Assembly: GCA_964016885.1 (NCBI GenBank)
Contig: OZ024741.1
Coordinates: 187,860,001-187,924,000, forward strand
From: Eledone cirrhosa
Taxonomy: Eukaryota
DNA: 64,000 nucleotides
Direction of reading: 5' to 3'
Shown: positions 49,346-64,000 of the stretch, in pieces
Layout of the letters: every line of letters starts with the position of its first letter
Position numbering within the stretch: the stretch's first letter is position 1
Position numbers and translations under genes: made by a program
Notes under the pieces: model-generated
What the model was told of the DNA's origin: nothing
The model's database searches: none
What the model saw: only the letters and a program-made list of their open reading frames with translations

Positions 49346-51253
49346 GTAGAGGGGGGGGGAGTTTTATTGTAGCACAATAAAGCAATGCAAATATCGGATA
49401 AGTAGCACTCAACAGTTTATAGGACTGGAGTATAAATAATATAAAATCAAAAGATGGTTAAAAGAGTTCCATGTATTTTATTATGCGCATTTCAAAAATA
49501 AATATCATCATGGGATGATATTTGCGTTCTCATCAGATAAAATAGGGAGACATGATATGAAGCTTAAAAACACTTGCGAGCAGTGAAGTGTTAAATTACC
49601 ATATAAAATAAGATGGATATATGAGATTGGAAAAAAAGAAAGGAAGAGGGAAAGAAAAGGTAAGGAAGAGGAAGAAAGAATATAGATAGAAGAAAAAAAA
49701 AATAATAATAAGGAAAGGATGACGGAGGAGGAGTATAAGAAGGAAGGATGAGAGAGTAGGAGAAAATGAGTGAGAGATAGAGAGAGAGATAACCTTTAAT
49801 ACTGAGAAACACTGTCTCATAGAGAAACATTTTATAAAACCGTTGTAAGATAATACATAATTTTAAAAAATTAAGAAATTAAAAGTTAATGAGCTTTATT
49901 TAATGGTGATGCTTATGATTAAAGAAAAAGGAATTAAGAATACTATTTAAGATTTATATATTGAAGGGTTTAATAAGATGTGCTAAAAGGAATTTATTAA
50001 AATGTATTATTAAAATAAAATATTCCAGCATAGTTACGTCCCTTTACGATCTAAGTTCAAATCCCGCCGAGGTTGACTTTGCCTTTCATCCTTACGGGGT
50101 CGATAAAATAAAGTACCAGTAATGCACTGGGTAATTTCTGGCCTTGTGCCTAAAGTAGAAACAATTATTAAAATAAAAGTTATTAAGATTAAATTAATTA
50201 TGAACTTAGAGGAATTAATTAGGGTCCGTGTTTGTTTCTATATATTGTAATAGGAAAAGGTAAATAATAGATTTAATACGAGCCTGGAAGGAGATAAGAA
50301 AGAAAAAATTCAAGGAAGAAAAAATATATAACGTCAAAAAAATATGTTTACATAATTTCTCTAATGGTAATATTAGTATATATTAAAAATAAAAATTTGT
50401 ATGGCCGAGAATATAAGGAAATGCTATAAGATGAATTAAGAAATAATTGAGAAGTAAAAGTTGCAGATTAAAGATTAGAAATTAAAAAAGAAGAGAATTA
50501 GGGGACCGCTAACGACATAGTATGATTAATATTGTATAATATACTGAAATAAGGTAGAAAGATGGGTATATTTGTAAAAAATATTAAAGCGTTTGAGAAA
50601 AAAAGATTTTAAACTAATTAGGTAGTTAGCTATATACTTTATGGAAAGTTCTATGGAATTTATGCAAGCAGAGCGAAAATAAATACGTACGTCTATTTAT
50701 TATAGAATTAAAATTAGAGATAATGGTAAATTTCTCCGCTAGGCAGAGATTACATGTTCTGGATAGGGAAGAATTAAGGTGAGGAGAGGCGTTGCAAACC
50801 TTTCTCCAAGAAATGTTGTAGTTAATATTCTTGTCCTTTAAGGACCATATGAGTTCTGAGAGTGCTGTTTTAGTTCTTTTAAGTTGGTATTTAAAAGAAG
50901 ACTTGTGATTATAAAATGTTGCCTTAAAAGAAGTGGAAGTGGAACCAAAATAGGTAAAAGAATTAGTACCAGTTATAACCTTACATTCATACACTAAATG
51001 TTTATCAAGACATTGGTTACTTAGAGGACATTTAGTTCTAATAGGGCAATTGCAATTGCGATTAGAGAAATTACCAGAGTTATTAGCAAGTGACCCAGTA
51101 TTATTTATAGAAGGAATTGGATTGGAGAAGTTATTTACGATAGGTGCTAAAGTTTCCTGATTTAGATTGGAATTATGAACATTCGACAAAGTTACGTTTG
51201 ACGTCGTATTTAAATTTACGGAATCTAGCCTAGAGTTAACATTGACGTCGGGC
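49346..51253 (-). mobile_element. Penelope-like element 3' part: GIY-YIG ORF, AT-rich 3' region and HHR-bearing pLTR
   Basis: ORF 50626..51189 has CNC..CPLSNQC, LVYEC..YFGST..FK and CNLCLAE. HHR at 49474-49544(-); nested SINE at about 50025-50165. Confidence 0.88.
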
Positions 51254-51269
51254 TATATATATATATGTG

Positions 51270-51422
<153 letters not shown>

Positions 51423-52112
51423 AAAAGGTAAACAGAAATAACAACACAATCAGTAGAGTATATGGAAAGGATATATTAGGTTAACGCTTGATATAGCAGC
51501 AAGATGGTCTTAATGTTTCGGACGCTAGTCCTTCATCAGAAGAAAGAATGAGAAATAAAATAGATTGAGGGGACGAGCGGGATTGAATTGGAAAAAAATG
51601 TCTTTAGATAAAAATAACAGGTCCATTCATGTTGACATCTCTTGCAAAACTGTTGGTGCTGGCGTTTGTGTATGATTTGTTTTAAGAAACGAAGTAGGCT
51701 GTGTGGTTACTGTAAACAAAGTTTAAAATGGTAATGTGAACGAAACAAGAGAAGAAGCCCTTCATCAGCTGTTAACTGCAGATCATAGATGTTTCGGCGC
51801 TTAAAACAGTAGATCGAAATCGATCAGCTGCAGCGCCCAAGGACTTTTATCAATCAAAAGGCCCTGAGGGGAAGAAAAGATAGTGAAGAGAGAGGAAGAA
51901 AGAGAAAAAAGTAAAGAGGAAAAAACGAAGTAAACTGACCGAATAGAGGAGTGGGGGGTACAGGGACAATGGCTCGTGCAGGTGAGTAACCGAGGAGAAA
52001 ATAGAGAAAGTTGCAACGAACCGATTGGATTTAAGTCCAGTGGTCAATAGAACTGCGAAGTGAGGTCCTTCCGTGCGATCAAAGCAAAGTGAGTAGAGAG
52101 AGAGAGAGAGGA

Positions 52113-52282
<170 letters not shown>

Positions 52283-52379
52283 GTAAGTGAGAAGGAGAAG
52301 AGAAAGGGAGATAATCCAAAAGGGGTTTACGACATGTGTGAAACCCGGTCCGGAAACGAGCAGATGGATAGAGAGAGAG

Positions 52380-52440
<61 letters not shown>

Positions 52441-53738
52441 AGAAGATAGTCGATATGAAAGCATGGTGGTACAATAAATCGAGTAAAACAGTAGTGGGTG
52501 AGGGGGCACAGCGGTAAATACAAAATTACAAGAGACGAAGCAGGCTGTGTGGTTACTGTAAAGTTTAAGATGGTAATATGGACGTTCATTAGACAGCTCT
52601 CTTCTGTATAAATTTAGTGACGTAAAGATAGATATATAGATATGCTATATTTATATCATAGTTAGTTTTGCAGTAACAAACATCAATCAGTAAATACTGG
52701 TGTAGAGACAAGTAAGCACTCGATTCGTCAGCATACGTGATTTGGTATCACGCAGGTTTGTGTATGACGCATTACTGGTATAATAATGAAGTACAAGCAC
52801 TAAAATTTTATTTCTGGTGATTTTATTTATTAATAATAGCTGTTATACGTAATTCCATTGTATACGTTATGTAATTTTAAACCTTCAGATATGATATTAT
52901 CAGACAGCTCTCATCTACATAACTTTTACAAACGTAAGTTAGTGATATATCGATCATGAGGTTTTCGGTGTTGATTCTCCGCTGGCTGATCGATATATCA
53001 AGGGAATCAACACTAAAAAAAACCCTGGCTGATATATCGCTGAAATGTATATAGAAGAGAGCTGTCTAATGACATCGTATGTGAAAGTTTTAAATTACTT
53101 AACAGATACCATGGAAATACGTATCATAACTATTAGTAATAAATGAAATATGATGAAGTATAACTTTATTGCCTTCTACTTCATTATTATAGATAAGTAG
53201 ACAGACAGGCGAACAGATAGATAGCTTCACACCCTGTGAAAGATACATGCCTGGACAACATTTCGTCGATTATTCATGCAAATCTATCCTCAGCACACCT
53301 TTGATGTTTTAGAAAGTAAAGACAAGAGTCGTTACAGTTTAACATCAGCCATTAAGTTCACAACCCGAAGAGCCGGAACAGATACCGTAAGGCATCTTAT
53401 TTGGTACTATAACAATTTCGGAAATTCACCGACCTTATACTTGTACTTTATTTATCGAGCCCGAATGAAGGTTAGGCCATGTTGACTTCGGCGCGATTTG
53501 AGCTCAGGGAGCAGAAAACCGGAACAATTATCAGGAGACATTCTCTTTGCTACTCTAATAACTCTGCATATTCACCGCATAAAGAGGCGGGAAATGAGTG
53601 TAAAGCAAATAAAAGAAACAAACAAAACAAAACAAAACAAACAAGAGTGGGAAAAATACTGAAAAGAGATTTCGCGCGCAAAAAAATCATGGCAGGTAAA
53701 AATAGAAAATAAGAAGTAAGTAAAATGGAGAGGGGGAG

Positions 53739-53805
<67 letters not shown>

Positions 53806-54252
53806 ATGAAAGAAAGAAAGAAAGAAAGCTACATAAAAGCAAATTTACTGCCTAAAAAACGAATTGTGGAGAGGCGCGGAGAAAGACAAAGTGAAAGAGA
53901 GATTAAAAGTAATGGTCATGAAAATAGATTTCTTACTTTTAGAATATCAATATAATGTTTACTGACGTATTTTCTCTCTCCTCTCTCACCACACACACAG
54001 ACACATATATAAAGAGAGAGAGCGGGTCTGCAATACAGAGTGGTTATAGAGAATGGTATAAATCCTTGGAAAGGCTTGCTGAACACCAGCCGAAACAGCT
54101 TGGCGTCGCGGTCGGGCTCATACTTCTCTTTCTCTCTCTCTCTTCCTCTCTCTCTCTCCCTCTTCCTCTCTCTCTCTCCCTCTTCCTCTCTCTTTCTCTC
54201 ACTCTCACTCTCTCTCTCTCTCGCTCTCTCTCTCTTATGTATGCATGTTATG

Positions 54253-54296
<44 letters not shown>

Positions 54297-54297
<1 letters not shown>

Positions 54298-54930
54298 CTA
54301 TATTATAAAGCTGACGGCCATATGTATGTAACAAACTTTTCGCTAAACGGCTGGACCAATCAGCACCAAATTTGCACCATAGATAATAACTTTTTCCAAG
54401 TAAGAAAGTGAGGGTATTTTTGTCTTCTAAATTTCGTTACAAGATTAAAGATATTTTATCGTTTATTTAAATATTCACTGCTTTAAAATTTCCAAATTTC
54501 AACACTTCCGCTTATACGACATTCCCCTCTCTTTCTTAGTCTGTCTTTTTAGATAGATAATAGCTATAACGTATAATAGCTATAACGTTATAATATGTCT
54601 CTGTATGTCTGGCTGTCTGCATTAGTTACATAGCTACAACGTCACACGATTATATTATCTGTCTGTCTTCACGATCCAAAGTATCGTCTTCCTGTCTTCC
54701 TTCGGTTGCAACGTCTTTCGAAATATTTACTTCTGCGTTCACAGATTGATTTTTTTTAGTTTCAGAATCCCGTTAAGTGTGAAAGCAGTGATCTTTGCTT
54801 AAACTTTAATCTGTTATTTTAATATATATATACATATATATTATTATTATTATTATTATTATTATACACGCAATAAATTGAGTCCAGATGCATCACTGAT
54901 TTTTCGTTTTTTTATACTATATATATATAT

Positions 54931-55014
<84 letters not shown>

Positions 55015-55078
55015 AAAAAAAACGAAAAATCAGTGATGCATCTGGACTCAATTTATTGCGTGTATAATAATAATAACG

Positions 55079-55169
<91 letters not shown>

Positions 55170-55832
55170 TATATTTGTGTACAGACACAAAAACAAAATA
55201 TAAACAAATGTATTATTTATTTCACGAAAGCTCAGACGGCTTATCGTCATTGTTACTGCCGATATGCCACCCAAAAAGTCCCAGCTTGGCTGCAAGATCA
55301 GATTTTCCAGAAGAAAAAATGTTACTAGAGCAACAGAGAGACCAAGCTTCGCGATTACCATCAACAAAGCTCAGGGTCAAACCCTAAAAGTGGCTGGCCT
55401 TCATCTGGGAAAACCATGCTTCTCCCATGGTCAATTGTATGTAGGATGCTCTAGGGTGAGCTCGCCAAACAATCACTTCATCTTTGCTCCGGAGGGCTGA
55501 ACAAAAAATATTGTATACTCTGAGACTCTAACAATGTAATTTATGTATTTTCTGTTACTTGGAATGTCCATTATGGTTGTACAAATTATTGTAAAGTTTG
55601 TTTAAAAATGTGTTCTCTGTTCAGCCTTTATTGTTGTAAGTATCAATTTTCTTTAACGTACTGGCTGCTGAACTGGGGAAGCCTAAAACCTATTCAAACC
55701 CAACATCAGAGCACGTTAACCCCTCCCACCCCTCGCTAACTTGAGAGGGCGTGCGGTATCTTTGCACTGAAGTGGTGGGGGGAATCCTAAAAAGATAAAA
55801 TGCCGGTATACCTAGCCGGACGGGCCAGCTAG
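54297..55832 (+). mobile_element. Internally deleted Helitron with helicase C-terminal remnant and nested insertions
   Basis: A|TCTATATTATAAAG ... GCCAGCTAG|T ends. FAITINKAQGQTL..FSHGQLYVGCSRV at about 55348-55500. Nested pLTR-like piece 54660-54820 (matches 30490-30645) and inverted repeat 54843-55076. Confidence 0.78.
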
Positions 55833-56002
55833 TATATATATATATATATCTTATATATACATATATATACATATATACATATATCATATATATATGTGTG
55901 TATCATATATATATATGCATATGTATCATATATATTTATATATACATGTATATGTATTATATATATATATGTATATATCTTACATATACATATATATCAT
56001 AC

Positions 56003-56052
<50 letters not shown>

Positions 56053-56080
56053 CATATATATATCTTACATATATATATCT

Positions 56081-56136
<56 letters not shown>

Positions 56137-56169
56137 AAAGAATAGAGGTGTAACACACGAGGTATGATA

Positions 56170-56521
56170 TATTGGTAAAAGGAAAAGAAAATTCTGACAA
56201 ATTTTTCCCAGTGAAAAATAGTTTAATTAGGAATAAGTAAAAATTAGTAATAGTATTGGTTAGTATTCAGTTTTGGTTTTAAGTTTTTACCGGTTGCGCA
56301 TTTCTAATGCTTTTCAAAAATAATGTTGACATAGAGCGCCCGTGATTAGAGCAAACATCACGAGCGCTCTATCTCAACATTATTTTTGAAAAGCATTAGA
56401 AATGCGCAACCGGTAAAAACTTAAAACCAAAACTGAATACTAACCAATACTATTACTAATTTTTACTTATTCCTAATTAAACTATTTTTCACTGGGAACA
56501 ATTTGTCAGCATTTTCTTTTA

Positions 56522-56526
<5 letters not shown>
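56170..56526. repeat. Fold-back repeat, arms about 175 bp
   Basis: Near-perfect inverted arms centred at about 56350; the right arm abuts (TA)n. Confidence 0.9.
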
Positions 56527-57130
<604 letters not shown>

Positions 57131-57132
57131 AT

Positions 57133-57897
57133 CTTCTTACGGGTCATCCTTGATGTACGCGGCCAAGTGTTATCATGACTGAATTGAACAGAACCATGGT
57201 GTGGTTCCACTTGTACGATTTTCGCCACTATTCTGTCAAGTTGTTGGCAACAGACATCAGAAGTTAAGCTGGTGTTCGGTGGAAGCAGCTCATAGTGAAT
57301 GACACCCTTTCTGTCCCACCAGAGTCTCAGTAAGACCTTGCGATAGTGGAGGTCAGCTTTTGCTTTCTGTTGTGGTGCACTCTCATTATCAACCCACGAT
57401 CGCTTATGTATGACATTATTGTGGAGACACCATGTTTCATCACCAGTGGCACTGGAACATAACCAGCTGGTTGTGCGATGGTAGGAGAGCAGGAAAGTCG
57501 CAGCTGCCACTCGACATTCAGGAATACGATCAGTCAGATTGTAGGGTACCCATTGCTTCAGCTTGGACATCTTACCTATTGGGTGCAATTGATTGTGGAT
57601 GGTTGTTTTCGAAGCCCCACGCACTTCGGAGAGTTGACGGGATGTCTGGCGTGAGTCGGTTTCTACCAGTTCACGCAGTTACGCGTCATTGAAGTCGGAT
57701 GGACGTCCAGCACGAAGTCAATCTTTGAGGGTGTAATCACCGGAACAGAAGCGTGCGAACCAGTCTCTGGCCCTATATTCAGACATGGTGTGTAATCCAA
57801 ATGCATTGTTAATGCGACGACTCAATGCTGCTGAGCCGAGGCCTGGTTTGAAGTCTTAAAGTAAACAGCCACGAACAAACGATTTGGATAGATCCAT
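57133..57897 (-). pseudogene. Mariner transposase, degenerate
   Basis: WVPYNL, TGDETW, WWDRKGVIHYELL and HDN motifs; stops and frameshifts; truncated by (TA)n. Confidence 0.9.
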
Positions 57898-58263
57898 GTT
57901 GCTTCCCCTTTGACGGCGGGAACTTTCTGTCCAACTCAATGCTAACATTGACAGCTAAATTTTCTCCTCACAATGTCGTTATACTTTTTTAATGGGTCAT
58001 TTATTTTCGTAACCACAGATAACATATATCATGAAGTGTCACATTAATTCTGACTGGCCTCGCGTTATTGTTGACAATCCTGATTATATAGATTCAAAAA
58101 ACATCTTATCAGAAAATGTTCGTCGTTGTTCCAGCAACAAAACCGGGGAACTATTAGTAACGATGGAGAATAATCTAAGGCTATTATACACACGTGTGTG
58201 TATGTGTGTGTGCGTGTTCGTGTGTTCATGTGTATATATATATAGGTGTGTGTGTGTGTGTGT

Positions 58264-58371
<108 letters not shown>

Positions 58372-58933
58372 ACGCGTATTTGTATAGTATTATATATTCA
58401 ACAAGTGGTGAGGAAACTATTCAAAACTAAAATAGAGAATATTGTAAGCCTTTCATCCTTACGGGATCGATAAAATAAAGTGCCAGTAATATACTGGAGT
58501 CCATTTAATCGGCTTTCCTCTCTCCTCGGTTAGTTGGCCTTGTGCCTAAATCAGAAACCATTATTAAAACCATATTATATTACTGAGATTATTCCCTCTT
58601 ACTAGTTTGGTCAGAGTAGCAAGAGAGTTACAGAAAGAACAATCTCGGCTTATAATATACACACACGTGTGTGTGGTCAGAGGAAGTATGTGTATGCATG
58701 TGTTTGCGCATTTGTATAGAAATATATTTCTTCAGTAATGTGAGTGAGTGAGTGTGTATTAGTAAATATGAAAACACGGTTTATATTTTCACTCAACACA
58801 TCCCAATTTTGCACATTGAAACTGTAAATACTCGAAGAAAAACAACTTTAAAAGGATTTAACCCTTTCATTATATTTCTGATTTTATTTGAAACTAATTA
58901 ACAATTTGACTAACTTTCTTATTAATTTGATAT

Positions 58934-59342
58934 TTGGAACAAACGTTACTCAATAAAGTGCGTAGCTCGGAGATAAGAGAGTCATTCCAGGTAGAGCCGC
59001 TACTTCTCCGAATTGAGAAATCACAGTTCCGATACTATGGGCATGTGGTTAGAATGTCTCAGGAAAGAATCGTTGGACGGATTTTACGGGCGAAACCAAC
59101 CGGTAGGAGGCTCAGGGGTAGACCCTGAACAAGATGGTTGGATAACATCCATGAGTTTGGCTGGTCTCGCTTTGGGATCCAGCTGGATCAGTTGGAGACA
59201 GTTGCTTCTGACAGGACCCGTTGGAAGGAGTGTTTGAGGATTCTGGCCCCACGACACTCTCAGGAAGAAGAAGAAGAAGAAGAAGAAGAAGAAGAAGAAG
59301 AAGAAGAAGAAGAAGAAGAAGAAGAAGAAGAAGACGACGACA
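58934..59342 (+). mobile_element. RTE-clade LINE 3' end with (GAA)n tail
   Basis: VRSSEIRE..FRYYGHVVRM..GRRLRGRP..W, followed by a GAA repeat. Confidence 0.85.
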
Positions 59343-59560
59343 ACTAACTTTCTTATTATTAATTTGGTGTTTTGGACAAACAATGTTCTATAAAATTATG
59401 ATGGAAGGTTTTAGATACATATGAACACAATATATCATAGCGTTTGGTATCAAAAGGGTTAATCCCAAGATCAGTCTTGTGGTAGTAACAGTGACATTCA
59501 AAACACATATAACTGCCAACTTCCTGAATTTTTATATACACTAGATAAAAGGATTAAATT

Positions 59561-59624
<64 letters not shown>

Positions 59625-61089
59625 CATATCACAACTTGTAATCGATAGTATCACTGGTTACAGGTTTAGGTGTCCAATGACATTTTTGTAAGCAGTAACT
59701 TTCAACCTGTCTATGGCAGCCGTAAATGTCTGTACGTGTGTGTTTATATCATTTTACGCCCATGTTCACAGTTCAAAGAAGACAGGACAAACTGCAGATC
59801 AATGTAGTATTCGAGGCGTATTAAGTTGCAGAGTAGGTACACACACACACACACACACACTCACACACACACACACACACACGCACACACACACACACAC
59901 ATACACACGTGCACATACATACATACATACATGGTGGCTGCCAACTCGTTTTCGAGTACGGCCACTACTTTACATCCATGTAGGATAACCCCTACCGAAG
60001 CGCTGAACGAGTGTGACTTTTTAGTCCAGCCAGCGACTTGAAACCTCTGGTACAAACACTACACCTGTGACAACCATTGACACATAGTGCTGGGCGCATG
60101 GTAGGACAACCATTGACACATAGTGCTGGGCCCATGTGAGGACAAGTGCAGAGAGATCTCCAGATATAAAGCAATGCCTGTGCCGTGAAGCTTTTATAGT
60201 GAGCAAAGGCACTGCACAAAGCCAGTCCCACTCTCTTAACCAAGATGATATTTACCAAAAAGAAGAACAAGTCAACATCATTGGATACCATCAGGGTTGC
60301 AGGTGTTATATCAGAGTTTTCCTTCTCCTAGAATTCTGCCTTGACAAAGGCTAAGGGGTCATCTCTCCCGGTGATTTTGGATGGCCATTGACTCTTAAGA
60401 GCTCCTTTGCCCTTTGACAGGTTTTGTTTTTAGTCCTGCAGGATGTCCAAAGTCACCCTCCTCACCAAGAAACCTTGGTGGGGTTGCCAGTTTAGTCGCC
60501 AACGACCCGACCATGAGACAGGTTGTACTGGGATACATGTTACCAGTAGCACCAACTGGTGACCTGACATACATACATACATACATACATACATACATAC
60601 ATACATACATACATACATACATACATACATACATACATACATACATACATAGAGAAAAACACAACTAGTTAGAAAATTTCTTTTCTTTTACAACCTTGCC
60701 ACCAGGAAGGTGGCCGGTCAAAAAAATATACTCGAAATTAAGAGAAAGAGATAACATACATGGTGGCAGCACCCCATGATCGGGAATTTTTATCAAACAT
60801 CAGTTTGAGTCTTTACGGGTTTTAACGGTCAGTCATTCACATCATTCAAAGATCTCATGATGCCTGTAAGGTGAGCCTTTTATAGAGAGGAAAGGCCGTG
60901 CTCTGGACCAATCCAACTTCCTGAGCAACAATATCTATAATCCGAAAAGAAAAGCAGATCAACATCATGTGTCACTATAAAGCCTCAGATTTTACATCAG
61001 AATTTCCTTCCCCTAGAGTAATCTCCTAACGAGGATCAGAAATTTCTCACTCCCGGTGGGTTTACCGCGCACTCAGACACTAACCTGTA

Positions 61090-61830
61090 TATTTCTATGT
61101 CCCTGTGCATAATATATGTATGTGTATACAAACAAATATTGTTTTGCATCCCGCGAAGTGTCCAATATCCCCCTCATCTCCACGCAAGCTTTACTGGGAT
61201 TGCCAGTGTAATCGCTAGAGAGCATGAAAAGAAGATTTACGATTTTAAAAGGTCACCGAGTGGAACTTTAGTTACAATCCACATCAAGACTATGCCCCAG
61301 AACCTTTAATTCGAATTTCCTCAATGAACAAAATTTGTCGAAATTGTGGTGCTAAAACATGGAATGGTGAGTCAACTGGATTGTGCTGTTTAAATGGAGA
61401 GATTAAATTTAAACTATCACCTGAATCACCAGAAACCTTGACGGATACAACTGATTGGTACAACTACTGAATCAAGACACTTTCTTCAAAATATCCAGAA
61501 ATTCAATAATGCATTCCAAATGACATCATTTAGTGCAAATGTCAACCATGAAGGTGGTTTTATATACACTTTCAAGATCCAAGGGCAAGTGTACCACAGA
61601 ATTGGATCATTTCAGCCACATTCAGAAGAAGAACCAAAATATTTACAACTGTATTTCATCAGATATGAAAAGCCCAACACAAACAAGATATGAAAAGATT
61701 GAAGAAACAAAGTATATAATCATGTTACATAAAAGACAGTTATATTAGAAGTTTCAAATATACCATAGAAAAAATGTTAATATAATTTCATTATTTTCTT
61801 TAACCCGGACATCGCCGGGTAATTCTGGTA
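61090..61830 (+). mobile_element. Helitron deletion derivative with Rep N-terminal remnant
   Basis: From 61324: MNKICRNCGAKTWNGESTGLCCLNG...FLQNIQKFNNAFQMTSF...FKIQGQVYHRIGS...YLQLYF. 3' hairpin ACCCGGACATCGCCGGGT followed by CTGG|T. Confidence 0.8.
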
Positions 61831-61841
61831 ATGTGTGTGAA

Positions 61842-62027
<186 letters not shown>

Positions 62028-62360
62028 CGGCGATGAATTAGTTTTGCGAGGTTTTTGATATGAAATCGTGTGTCGAAACAAATATTGTAGCGTAGGCATA
62101 CAATACAACAGGAGGAAACATAATAGCATCACTGACGATGTTGCAGATGGGCAACGAAAGAACTTTGTTAGACTATATATATGTGTTTGTGTCTATATTG
62201 TATCTGCATTTTTGACCGTTGGTCAGTCAATAGTAACATTGAGGACCGAATAAATTAAATTAACCGATATAAAAGACACAGAAGCGAAAACCAACCAAAC
62301 AGTGAGTGTGTTCTGTTATTAATTCTGGCAATATTATTACACAAATATGACCCTCCCCAA

Positions 62361-62445
<85 letters not shown>

Positions 62446-62610
62446 TATGTTGAGAAGGTAACACACCAGAGAGAGATATATAGTGCGTTACCAATAATAC
62501 AGGGAAAAAACCACCAATGTATGGAATCTATAACCTATGAAAGGCAGACTATAGACACGATAATTAAAAATATAAATTAAAGCGTAAATAAATACCTTTA
62601 TAACTATATA

Positions 62611-62688
62611 ACACACGTACAAATCCAAAGATATGTTTCACCAGAAAATTTGTTGAAAGAAATGTAGTCTCGGTTCATCAGCGTGTGT
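62611..62688 (-). ncRNA. Type I hammerhead ribozyme motif
   Basis: ACACACG-CUGAUGA-ACC...GGU-GAAACA-(UAUC UUUG GAUU)-UGUA-CGUGUGU. Confidence 0.75.
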
Positions 62689-62894
62689 AAGGCTATACAT
62701 TTCAGACAACACTAAGAGAATTTTACAATTGACTGTCCAGCTACACGTGGGAGAGAGAAGTCACAGCGTGTTTAAGGGCAGTGAACCAGTGGCCTCTGCG
62801 AGACGAACTGCTAGAAAGGGCAGCCCAAAGCCACTCAGAGAAGAGTGCCCAACCAAACAGAGATAGGAAAGACTGTTGTTAGGCGTTAATTTAT

Positions 62895-62993
<99 letters not shown>

Positions 62994-63363
62994 TATATAT
63001 ATATAATATAATATATATAATATATATATATAATATATATATATATAATATATATATATATATAATATATATATATAATATATATATATAATATATATAT
63101 ATATAATATATGGAAAGTTATATTTAAATTGTTGGGTTACAACTAGTAAATATTAATAACTGATATAAAAGCACTCGACAAGTATTTGGAGTATATTTAC
63201 GATATTAAATAAATGGAAACTATATTTATAAAACCATATTTATTTCGTTATATATATTTCAGGGATATCATATTAACAATATGACTGCCAATTCAACTTT
63301 TCAAATACAAGACGATGTTGTACGGTATGTCAAATCTATTTATCTATAAAACTGTTTATATTG

Positions 63364-63429
63364 TATTTTGTCTGAGGAAGGCATAGCATATTGTTAATAT
63401 GATATCCCTGAAATATATATAACGAAATA
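63364..63429 (+). ncRNA. Type I hammerhead ribozyme motif within fold-back 63199-63471
   Basis: UAUUUUGU-CUGAGGA-AGG..CAUAUU/AAUAUG..CCU-GAAA-UAUAUA-UA-ACGAAAUA. Confidence 0.78.
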
Positions 63430-63509
63430 AATATGGTTTTATAAATATAGTTTCCATTTATTTAATATCGTATATATATAATATATATATTATATATATA
63501 TATATATAC

Positions 63510-63554
<45 letters not shown>

Positions 63555-63590
63555 CATTTATATATATATATATATAATATATATAATATA

Positions 63591-63669
<79 letters not shown>

Positions 63670-63671
63670 GT

Positions 63672-63732
<61 letters not shown>

Positions 63733-63866
63733 TAAATGTAATCCGAGTTTTTCGAATATTAATAATAACATTCGATTCGTTTGCAATTATGCAAACACGC
63801 CTCAATTTTATAGCCATGTCAGTAGAATGAACACTTCATTCTTGCTCTTATGTTGGCATGCGAACA

Positions 63867-63916
63867 GAACTGCAGACACTAATGTTTCTGGGTATTACCC
63901 TTCATCAGTACAGCTC
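63867..63916 (-). ncRNA. Type I hammerhead ribozyme motif next to fold-back 63915-64000
   Basis: GAGCUGUA-CUGAUGA-A-GGGU-AAU-ACCC-A-GAAACA-UUAG-UGUC-UGCAGUUC. Confidence 0.75.
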
Positions 63917-64000
63917 ACTGTTCACCTGCCAAACTGTCAGAGCTAGTTGAAAATAGCATATATTTTCACTAGCTCTGACAGTTTGGCAGGTAAATAGTGA

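Noticed and set aside
60290-60560. HDV-like ribozyme in a putative RTE 5' UTR
   Set aside because: The nested double pseudoknot could not be drawn by eye; this needs a motif search.

Overview
Eukaryotic, AT-rich, microsatellite-dense DNA made almost entirely of transposable elements. No host gene is recognisable; the repeat content suggests an invertebrate, probably a cephalopod mollusc (inference). Positions 1-11.4 kb are a head-to-tail array of five minus-strand L1/Tx1-type non-LTR retrotransposon copies, each joined to a (GATA/GACA)n microsatellite, one with a 17-bp target-site duplication. The rest holds fragments of Penelope-like (GIY-YIG) elements, Helitrons, mariner, RTE and R4-like LINEs, tRNA-derived SINEs, a ~3.7-4.0 kb tandem triplication and a ~4.4/6 kb dispersed duplication. 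The layer the ORF track does not show is RNA: at least five unrelated families of type I hammerhead-ribozyme (HHR) motifs, mostly in fold-back (palindromic) insertions beside (TA)n. These include a 310-bp HHR-bearing tandem repeat in two opposed arms (retrozyme-like, 19.4-20.8 kb). Folds were read by eye, and boundaries of degenerate elements are approximate.
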